Shown: one piece after another, positions 13,148 to 25,100 of the stretch
Layout: every line of letters starts with the position of its first letter
Numbering within the stretch: the stretch's first letter is position 1
Program-made: the position numbers and the translations under genes
Assembly: GCA_030141605.1 (NCBI GenBank)
Contig: JAQGDQ010000036.1
Coordinates: 930,001-994,000 of the forward strand
Reading direction: 5' to 3'
DNA length: 64,000 bases
From: Tubiluchus corallicola
Lineage: Eukaryota > Animalia > Priapulida
The notes under the pieces: generated by a model
Seen by the model: the letters and a program-made list of their open reading frames with translations, nothing else
Told to the model about the DNA's origin: nothing
Databases searched by the model: none

Positions 13148-16100
13148 CTGTTTAACATGGATTAACAAAAGTTAATAATTAAGCCGAAGCAGCTAAAAAA
13201 AGATTTTCAACAATAGCGATGACTTTAACTGAGACAGCAAACTTAAGAACACAATTCATGTGCACTAAACTAGTGGCAGGTACAGTATAAACTATGACTT
13301 CCAGTGTTTGTTTGTTTTAACTGTAGGCCTACATATACCACTGCTAACCTGTATACCTAGCATACAAGTACGTAAGTTTTTACATTGACTTTAGCATCAA
13401 TTATACATTTTTACTTAATTTTATTATGTTAGCTTTCATAATTATTGCAAATTTATGGCATAAATGGTTAACTAACATTAATATGACAAAAATGCATTTG
13501 GCTAACTTTGATACAGGTCTCAGATTGTACTTTGACAAAGTCAATGGTAAGTCTTTGTCAAGACAGTGTTTAGGAAAATTGACTTTAAAACTATCATTGT
13601 ATCGTCAAAACTTTCAACTCATTGCTGTAATTATGTGCATAAAACATTCTTGTTAGAATGTTTACCTTTAAAACTCATCAAAGTGCTTATCCTACAGGAA
13701 AAGATTAAAAATTCTACATATTTATAACTGATATCACATCTTGTAACAGAGACATTTCAAAGACATTCAGTAAACATTCAAGAATCTAAGTTCACATAAC
13801 ATGGCAAATTTAATGTAAATTTCTATTTAAGAAGTTTTATCATTCATAATAAATACTACTACCTTACCTTGAATAATAAAGATACTGGCAACCTAATTCA
13901 AAAAACTCCGACTACATGGAAAAAAATAGCAAGTTTCCAAACTGTATTGAAAAATTCATATAAACTTTTGGTTTTCTGTTTTGCATTTGGTCAAAATATT
14001 TGACTAAGGATGCAACAACACTATTTGGAATTTTTTCATAGCTAAGCGTCTACATAAGAACAACATTTAGATTATTCCTATTTTCTACTTTTCCTTATAT
14101 AATTCTACATACTATCTATTTTTCATTTACTACACAATTTTTAGTTCAGCACAACATGCAAACAGACAATGAAGCTTTCAAAGAACCCAAGTGTAATCTT
14201 TTTACATTTTCATAAATATAGATAGCAGTCTGAAAAAATGTGTTAAAAACAACAGGTTGACACTGATATAAATTTTATGCAAAACTGCAAAGAAAAAAGG
14301 CAATTAAAGTTGGTAGCACTTACAGAGAAAGGGCTCTTATTTTTGAAGTCATCGCAAATCATTAAATGTACACAAGTAAAACTGATAAAAAATAATGTTC
14401 ACTTATATAGTCCTTTTCATCGAATTTCGAAATTTTCATAAAAACTCCTGAGAACTCTGAAAGCTTCGTACAATACATAAATACGCCGCAGATTCATGAA
14501 GAGTTTGCTGATAGATTCACACTGGGTTCTAACAAGTGTTTTCTTTATAGCAAATAGGCAAAGGATTAGACAAAGGGAGTGATACCAATTGCCAATACAC
14601 CTACAAACGTTTTCTTCTCTATTCTGTTGAATGTTACAGCCTGATAGTAAAATTTACGTAATTGATGGTAATCAATAATTTAGGTTACACGTTTTTTACT
14701 TATGCTATTCAAGTTGATTGCTTTAGCACAGAACTAAAGCCAGGCTATTTTGAATAGACTAATTTTCAAAAATTATATTTTTGTATATTTATGAATCACA
14801 AGTGGCATTGTATGCAGTGCTAGAGCATACCAAACAGGTTGCATGTCAAGCAGAATTATTGTGACCAAGCATTGATCCCGGCCCTAAACTTTTCTTTCAC
14901 TGGTTTCTTGCTATTTTTTGGGGGTGACCAGGTCAAAATTGACCCTACTAATACGAATTAACACTCGCCAATCAAAGAAAACAGCTAGCATTGTATATTT
15001 AAGGTTTAAAATATTATCAGGCTGGCATTCAACAAGTAAATTAATTAATTAAAGTAATTAGACACATTTTATGACACAATAAAATGTACAGTTAAAAGTA
15101 TACTCATGCATTGTGCTGCTACAACCGAGAGGCTACCTGTATTACTGCCAGAAGTACTTTAGAACCATGCTTTTTTGATAGACATCCGTTGAAAGAAAAC
15201 TGATCAATAACTGCTGCTGAGAAGAAATAGGCATACATTGACGGAAAGGCAAAATAAAATGATTTGTACGATAGACGCAACACGACAAAAATATCCCACG
15301 ATACACGAAGTAATGCGAGCATCAGTGACCACTATTTTCATGAAGCAGATTCATGCAGAAATAATAATAAATTTAGCCAGATGTGGAGCGATGTAATGAT
15401 AAATGCGTAACTTCTGTGGAAAGTGAAAACAAGGCGAGGCAGTGTAACAGGGTAGCAGCACAATACATGCATGAAGCTCATAATTTCATTAGCCTCAATT
15501 AGTTAGCATCTAAAAACAACCAGTCTACTGGCACAAAATTAAACTCTATGTCAAGGTCAATTTATGCAGAAATACTCTGTTTACGCCAAAAGCGCATTTT
15601 TAGCTTGTTATATATAAAAGTTGCAATGGCAAATGTTGAGGAAGTTCTGCGGAAGGACAGCTAAGGGAAAAAGAAACAGCACAAACTGCAAGCACAAGAC
15701 AGCATTGACATCTACCAGCTAAAACTCAAAACAAATGCAGTATCATTTTGCTTTGCTATTCTGTACCATATTAAAGGAACAGCAGTCGATCACACCACCA
15801 CAGTACTGCCAACACCACAGTAAGAGTCAGTGTTCTTATTTGAACCTGCCCTAGTGTAAACATGCTGAAAAAAGCTGCATTCTTCACCAAGTAAAACATT
15901 CCCTTAGCATTTGTCTCACGTCAAAGTTGTTCAAAAGGGTCTTACGATCATTTTATAAATTACATTTAAGAACATTCAAAAAATAGTTTTCTATAGAAAA
16001 TGCACAGATCATCTTTGCACTGGCATTTGAAATATAAAGTACTGCCTAGTTTTGCATAACAATTTCTGATTGTGGTACTGACAGTAAGGTGTGATGTTAC

Positions 16101-19100
16101 ACTCAATCTACCTTACATACCTGACCGGCTACGGTTGCAACATAAGCTATTTTGCATATCATATAGAACCATACTAAGTGGAGTATTTGCAGGAGAAACA
16201 GGAGAGCGAGGAAAAGCATTCGTGATTTGAATTCTCCAATGATGACATGAGCTTCAAACATGACTGTGCGTAATATCCTGTAGGGAATGGAGGCAAAATT
16301 TATGAGTAATTAGGAAAGATCGGCATACTGTAAAGACTTATGCAGTAAGCATTTCCTGAAGTCATGGATGTTTTTCTAAAAGCAAACAAGCTGAGCACAA
16401 GCTAGGAATCACATGATAGCACAAGTTTTCTGAAGGAGAATACAAAGACAGTGCAAGGTAGAAGTCAGGAAAAATAGTTTAGTTTAGCAAAATAAGTGCA
16501 AACAAAACAAATTAATTGCATAACTTCATCGTGATATTTAACAACATGTCATAAGGCATTAGTATAAGCGCAATTAAAAATTTATGCAGATGAGTTATTA
16601 TGAGGCATGCATAATTATTATGTGCAAGAGAAGACATGTGACATTTAGCCTTATAGTAAATTAAGCTTTATTGTAAACTAAAGCAAAAAATGAGTCCGTT
16701 AATCATGTTCTTGTTGCACTGGTAATATAAAATCTATGCTCATTCAAACAAAGTATTGATCAAGCTTTCACCCTAACAACCCAGTATCAAGGACAATGCC
16801 ATGTAACTATACTGTACAGAACAACTTAGTGTGTGGGTGCACCATCCAATATTTAAGCACATGTACCAGTGAATGGATAAATATTGATCCCAGCACAAAG
16901 CCCACACTGAAAGCTACAAAATGGAAAAGTGTTCTAAAAGCACATAATTACGTTTTTATTATATTTGTTCATGTGAACTATACAGCGTAAAGTATTAGCT
17001 AAATAGCTGCATTATATTCTAATAGCAAAAATTATATGAAAAATAAGTATTTAAGTGAAAAAGTATTGTATGTCATGAGAAACAAAAAATATTGAGGCCA
17101 TTATAAATCGAGTAATTTTATTATCCCTCTATTAAACTGGTGTATTTCAAATCCTTGCCTTGGAAACAAACTGTTCCACTAGCTGTCACACTTTTTAGCT
17201 ACAGCAAGTTAAATTGCATTGTAACACCAGCCTTATGAAGTATTAGCTTGTGCAGCAAATAAACTGAAATAACACATTGCATTTTAAAAAATGGCATGCA
17301 AAGATACTGTACTAATACACACATAACAGTTAAATAAATGGACAAATACACATTGACAAATGGTTGTAACAGCAGTAGATAATGCGGACATGATCAGCAG
17401 ATTTATCTTGAAATCATCTGTTCTCCAAGATGCAGTAGCCAGCACGGTGGTTGGCGGCACGGTACATGATAAACAGTACCTTCTCCAGAGGCCTACCTTT
17501 CCAAATCGAACTGCCTTAACAGCTATCGCCATAATCATTACGAACCAGATGATATGCAATATTTGAAGGACAACCAGCAGGGCATTGTAGACAATATAAG
17601 CCGAGAATACAGACATGTTGAGCAACACGTGTGCAACGGTCAATGCAAAATATAGAACCCTACAGAAATATTAAATAGCATATCACATATATGCACCATA
17701 TGGCAGTAGTTACTAACGTATTACATGAAAACTCTCAAATGTTACACCAGACCACAGTTTCAACATTTACAATAAAAAACGATGTGTAGTTATTATTCAC
17801 AATTTGAGTTTATGCATTTCCAAAAGTCACATGCAAATTAAGTAAAGTGACTGTCAGTCACTGGCAAGTGGAGAATTATTAGTTACATGATATTTAAAGT
17901 AATATTATAAAACTTACGGAAGAAAAACATGTTATCCCATTTCATTACACAGAACACGTGCACTATTAGCAAAAATTAGCATCTAGCAGTGACAACCAAA
18001 AAGCATGCAGTAATCTTAAGACAGTGAAATAAGGTTGGAATGAAGGAAAACATTCAAGATAACAACGAATAATAATAAAAAGCTAAAGAAAACAATGACA
18101 TGCCACATTACACCATTTTTTAAATTTGCCCAAAAAACAAATTGCTTGCATTTTTTTGCAGTTTTTTACCAATTTTCGCTAGGAAATGAAAAACTAAAGA
18201 CATAGATAACGCGAATATGTTCATAAAATCTGCAAACATGACTTGAAGCCCAATTACCAAACAATTAGCACAATCATTTGAACTTCAGGAAAAACTAAAC
18301 ACATCAGCCGTAAAATACATAAATAAATAAAACCATAAACAAATATTTACATTAAACTTTACTGTGCATTACCATGACCCAGGTCGTGCATTGGTACAAT
18401 TATCTATTAAAACATTAATGACAATATAAAATTAATAACAGGCAATGACAAATATAACAAATTACTTAACTCTATACCATTTTTCAAGCAAAAAGATGTA
18501 GTTAATTAAAAATTAATGACTGTCGTAAAAACAAAAAATCAATTTAAAAAATTTGAAAATTTTTTAGTTTACTGATACAGTTATTATTGCAGAATATTAA
18601 TTTACGTTTTAAAGAATCAGAAGGTCCCAGATGTAATTTAATTTTATAATTTAAATTATTAGCAATAAAAATTGGTAATGCATATTGCTATATAAATAAA
18701 AAATTTTACCTTACAGGGAAGATGACTAATCGAGTGATGAACCATACAACCGTGAAAATGATAAACATTAGATCACACAGTTTGTCCAAACGACAATATT
18801 TGGCCATTTTTGCAGCCTAAAAAGGAAAACAATATTAGCACATACTTTATCTACTAGTAGACCTATACTGTGCAAAAATAAGAAAGGAGTTGCATTGTAT
18901 AGGCTGTTATCAATGCAGTAAGAAAGAACCTAATCGGTGCAGAAGTGCCAGAGTACCAGTTTTTGAGTTTTCTGAATAATTTTGCCTAAAAAAGACCAAA
19001 TCTATATTTCTAGTAACCCAGCCGAATCTGGATGCAATAAACTCATTATTTGGTGAATTATTTATTAGTTTGTATTCTTTTAAACCTATCAAGGTTACAA

Positions 19101-22100
19101 AGAAAGTTTACTTTTGGAACTGCATAAATTAAACGTTGTGATAAATAAATATCACTTTCTAGCTTTATATTAATTCTAAGTCACATTATTGTTAATAGTT
19201 CAATAAATATTTTGATGTGGTTTAGCTTTTTATTTGGTATAAAGCCCCAGTAGGAAAGAAAAATGAAGACAGCATTGAAGAAACAATACTTGGAAAACTA
19301 CACAGTTTTTTGTTATTATCTGTGCTAAGCGGTTGACTGATTCAAAGTCAAACTAAACCTTCATTTAAATATAAGCTCTTACAACGTATTATGTTACAAT
19401 GAAAACCAAACTGAAATAATTTTACCATAACTTACTGCTAAATTTGTTTTGTTTAATTTTTTGTCCTTCGTTGTTTATGGTAATAAATTTGAACACCTGC
19501 CATTTTTTCATTAAGCGAGACGAATGACGTAATCTGTCCACTACGGAGTGAATTTTTTTACACGTGAGTACAACTTAATAACCTTCGGTTGCCATGCATT
19601 TGCATAAAGAATGCGATAAATGTTGTGTATTTTATGGCTTCTTTGCTGTTACTGTCAAGCGGATATATAGTCTAAACACTGTTTCACTACATTCATGAAC
19701 TTCTGGCTGTTCTGCTGACGTCCACTTTCTTGGGCATCGCGAGCTTTTATAGCCTCTGCACAAATCTTTGGATGTTTGTAACTGAAGTGCTGAAATAGAT
19801 TTTTTATTGAACTCATACTACACTGACTTCTTTCTGATACTGTCTGCAGATGGGTGTGTTGGTAAACGTCTTTCCAGTAACCAGACTTGTTTTAAATGGA
19901 AGTAATTCCAAATACAGATTTTAGCACCAGACTTTCTAACAGTAATGAAATCAAATTCCACTAGCTCTTTTTTGCAAAATAGTGTGCAGAATACTCAAAA
20001 CTTCATCAATGTAGTATGAACACTTGATATTAACTAGGTAGTGACACAATACACGTAGCTTTCTTGCACCCATTATGCATGGTAGGTTGGTTGTTTCTAT
20101 ACAGAACAATTGTTAGGTGATACATTGGTAATTATAATGATCAATTCTATAATACACTAATGAAACTTGAAATTTATTTTCAAACTGCACAAGTGATTTG
20201 GAAATCTTGGTAAAGCTTAGATTATTCAGTAGCGACGCCCCACCCGTAATGCAGTAGTCTTACCTCATCATACTGCAGGGGCTGCAGAAACAATCAGTTA
20301 TTAATGTACAATCGAGGAGTGGAGTAAAGGCTATTGAAACAGATTTAAATGCATCACGTATTGAAATTTTAGGACTCAGATAAAGAACTGCGACAAATGG
20401 AAACTAAACCTGTGCGCAATTTTAAATACCGTAATTATATTTTTTCACAATGTACATATTTACTATTTACCAGCTATCCTAACATAGCTCCACCTGTGCC
20501 AGACCCAAGTACAAACGCAGTCAACAATTTTGCTTCCCCAAGGCATCCATATTTTGAAGGTGATAAATGACTTATTTCACACTAACAGTGATTAGACTTT
20601 TGGTTAACTATAGAAGCTTTGTGTGCAGATTACGTAATTCTCGCGCACTTGTCAAAGTGGTGAAACAAGGAGGACTTCACGACAATATACACATTCTACA
20701 TGTACACGTTCTAAATCAGAGAGAAAATCGTAACTTGTTTCATTTATGATATTGTTTTATATTAAATTAACTATAAATTCTTTGTGTAATCATAATAACA
20801 TGTCAAAAAAATCTCATTGTCTGTTGGGGTTGTATAGGCCTTCAAATGTATTACTTGTATCACTTACAGAGTCAAGACACTAAACACTTTTAGCTTGCTA
20901 ACTATTGTTTAGACTGATATCAGCAAACCTAAAGAGTGATGATGGCTATCTGCCAATGAGATTTATACTTATGACCTTTTCAGTACAAAAATGTCAGAGC
21001 AAAATGTTATGCAACTGACCTCCATCCAGTAATCAACAGCATCGTGTATAACAAGCACCAACGTTCCAACTCTTATCATATTGCCAGACCACGAGAACCC
21101 CAATAATAATAATGTACATATATGATGAACAAACATTTGCCAGAAATCCTATAAAAAAAGTAAATATTTTTAACATACAACTGCAAGACACATTTAAAAA
21201 ACACATCCATCTATTAAATATATATATATATATATATATACTGTTACTGCTGTAGGTGGTAAAATTAATGCATTCTAGGAAAGTAAAGGAATATGGCATG
21301 AAAGCCCCGCACAAGAGTTTCCTACTACAACTACTATTAATAATAATTATACTACTATTGGCTCCTTTCAGCAGCATGCAGGCTTAATTTGATGGTGTTC
21401 ATACCGATTATAAAACCACAAAACACCAGATAATATTAGTAGTTAGTAGTGGCAGCACATGTGTTAAGGCATATTGATCTGCGCGCTGAAGTTAGTTTGG
21501 CACCCTAGGTCCTGGGAATTCAGTAAGAATACTCACTTTTCTTTTCACATCCAAGAACTGGGAGAATGTCAACGAAAGATAAAAACCCATTTCAATCATG
21601 TAGTACCAATAAACTTCACTAGATAATGGCTGAAATGGAAAATCTAGCCAACAGTACGTTGTATCCCAAAACCAAGGTTTCTGCAAAAAAAATCACATAA
21701 ACCAAGGTTACTTTGTGTATGACTGTGTAATACAATTTAAAATTTTACACATTGCATCAGTTACAGTAATTAATCCGTATTTTTTACCTACAGCTCTATT
21801 CAGCCACAAATTTCACTGGATGTAATTTATATGCCATAAGCATAGTAAAACAAAAATTAAACAAAGCAAGCAGTATATTCAGAATCTGTAAAATCATCAT
21901 ATTTGTGTGTATAATGACTACTTAAAGAAACTGATATTAAAAGAAAAAAATTATGGATACTTACATCCCATAATATGGCAAGTCCATATATAAAAGCTGA
22001 TAGGTAGTACGAAAATTTCCAACTGCAAAAATTAGAAAGAATGACAGCCATTCACATAAAAAACAAAATAAAACCAAAACAATATGTACAAAACATTAAA

Positions 22101-25100
22101 CGTGCTTTCCATAAACCGCAACCTAAAATATCATTGTATCAGGGGAGTAGCTCACTGCTGAGTAGTTAGTGTACATGACTGACTATAATAGTTAAGTAGG
22201 TGGGTTAGGCATCGAGTTTGGTTAACACTTAGAAGCTATGCATTAAAAAATATGAATTTCTCTAAAGACTGTGCAAAAATACCCATTTTAAGTGTTTGTT
22301 TATTTAGAAATTTGGTAAATATGCAAACTTTATAGTATAACATTTTGTAGACTTTTTTAAGCCCTAGACTATAATTTTGTTTATAATGATTTGGCTATGT
22401 ACGGTTGTCTAAATTATAGGCAAAAACTCAAATTTGCAAAAAATAATCCACACTTAAACAAAATATACAGCACACAGCTTTGATGTTTCAGCTAATTTCT
22501 CTGCTGCATTGAAATAACTCACATAGTGCCTATTTGCAAAAAAAATACAAAAAGCAGGATGCGCAAAATTTGGCCACTAGTTGAACTTTTCTAGAGAAAT
22601 GACCTTTTTGGGCATATTGCAAAAAGTTACACTACACCCTCTACCCATATTCTTCCAGCATGGTATATGCACGGTATGCATTCAACTTCTTTATTTGGTG
22701 ATTAGACAAGTTCTGTCATGTTCTTCCAGCATGGTATATGCACGGTATGCATTCAACTTCTTTGTTTGGTGATTAGACAAGTTCTGTCATGTTCTTCCAG
22801 CATGGTATATGCACGGTATGCATTCAACTTCTTTGTTTGGTGATTAGACAAGTTCTGTCATGTTATTTTACAACTTATCCATGTTACCGGTATCATGTAT
22901 GGCATCTACAGGCTTTCCTAGAAGCACCTTTATATTTGTTTACTAAGGATCGCACATGCCATCAGATAGCTTTTAAAAGTGTACTAAATGGATTGGTGAC
23001 TGTTTCTGGACAATTTTGCTTGACCTACTACCTCCAACTATTTATGTCGTTATAGGAGGCTGAGTAGACATCTGAACATGGCTGCTACAAGACACCTTTC
23101 CCACTTTAATGTCATCTAGAAGATTATCTTGGAATGTTACCATCCCACCACAACTATTCTATATCAGTACAGCAATAGCCCGACACAGTCGCTCAATTTG
23201 CTGTTGGTAAATGACAATGGCAGTAAATGAAACAGTTCAACAAGAATTTATTAATTGTTTTTTCAAGTCTGATAATCATTTAAATTATTAATAAAATTTT
23301 AAAGGCTTCCTTGTTCAGTTGTTTGGGAATTCAAAAGTTGAAATTATTCTAAAATCATGTAACTGAAAATTTCCTCCCCATGTTAATTCAATTTTTTTAA
23401 CTAGAAAACTTTTCAATAAATTTGAATAATGTGTGCACATAATTTTAGACAGCACAGCGTCATCTTTCTGCTCTACAGCTCTGTTTGGAAAGATTTGAAA
23501 TATTACTTAAAATATAAGATTTGATAAGTAGCAGTACTTCATCCAACACAATACTCACAATACCACATATGTACTATGTATGTTAGTAAACCAACAAGAC
23601 AAAAAAGCTGGTTTTAAATATCTTCTACTGTTTGTACAAAATGGTGCTACTGTTAATATCATTATTTAAGTTTTGTATTTAAAATCATAACATTTGGTAT
23701 AGTTTGATAATACTCACAAGCTTTCAGTAAATTTTCTTAGAATGCTTGGACGGTCTTGATTCCGTCGCTGACGAAACCATCGCTCTATCTGTCGTGCAGA
23801 CAAATCAAGTTGTTTGGATAAACCGACGACTGTTGTATGATTCGGCTTTGCACTTTTTCTATATGCAGCTTCTAGCTGTGGGTTTGCTGGTGCAGGTCGT
23901 TTCTTTACATCTTTTAAGTCAAATAGTTGTCCTACCCAAGTTGCTATAGTACTGAAACAATTAGTAAAGACTCAGATTATACTTGCTACCCAAATCTGAC
24001 AGATACACTCATCAGTAAGTGAGTGTGCGCAACTGCTGAGTTATAACAGCGGCAACAATACTTGCAATATATCAGATAATGGCAGTTTCAGACAGTACTT
24101 CCAAAAACTGGGACAGATGCTCTGTCATTTGATCAACTGCAGACACTGTGTCCTTCTCATGTTTCACATTTTCCACTGCCACTGCAATGACTGCACAGAT
24201 TATATCGGATCCTTTTATACATTTTAAATGGAGCTTTCACAATTTTGCTTATTTGGGCAAAAAAAATTAAGATAAAAGCTAGTTTTATTTTTGATTTTTT
24301 TTCTTGTTTCTTGTTGAAGTAGCACTTGCTTAATTACTTTAATTACTGATGCAGCCTAAAACAATGTAATATGCATCTAATACAATTCTTGAAATGTTAC
24401 ACACTCATGATGCCGAAACAATTTATTTATAAGCTGCATGCTGACAATCTGGAATTATATGTCTCTTGTTTAGTGACACTGAATCATTTATTAGCAAATG
24501 CTATAAACATTTTATTGTTTGGTCTGCACATTGACAGCTTCTACAGCTGCTCATAAATATGCTATACTACGGTTGGGACACGGCATTCCTCAATTACAAT
24601 AAACCTTAAATGGGGTTACATTGTCTGCTAACAATAATTATAAAGACAACAGTTTGTTTAAACTTAAACTTTTCTAAACATTGTAAAGATTAAGTTGCTA
24701 AGGTCAATCATTTTGTAAATGCGATTTTTTGCTGTTTTTATACAAAGTATAAAAATGCCAACTTGATAATTGTATGGCAATTTAGTCACCTCATTATGGG
24801 TTCATATTTCACATGTACGTTACTTGCCTGTTGTAAACTTTGTACTTTTAACTACCTGAACAGATTGCGTATCTTAAATTTGCAACCACTCTAAGCCAAA
24901 TGAATAATTTTTGATTTTAACTGATTTATAAAACATGCCATAAATTAGTAGATTTGCCATTTGATGATCCTACCCACAATTACAAATTTTTTAAGCATTA
25001 TTTAGATTAGGTGTATAAACTTACAAATATTCTTTTGTAGAGTAGTTCCTACCTCTAATGGTCTTAATCATGGCACGTACAAGTATCGCCAGGTTCTGCA

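Noticed and set aside
13868-13911. Strong donor (CAAG|gtaagg) suggesting a small cassette exon before the CerS last exon
   Set aside because: The nearby acceptors give 44, 25 or 17 nt exons, none frame-preserving.
23718-23951. Homeodomain fused to a lipid enzyme as a novelty
   Set aside because: A homeodomain-like region is a known feature of animal CerS (vertebrate CERS2-6, Drosophila Schlank).
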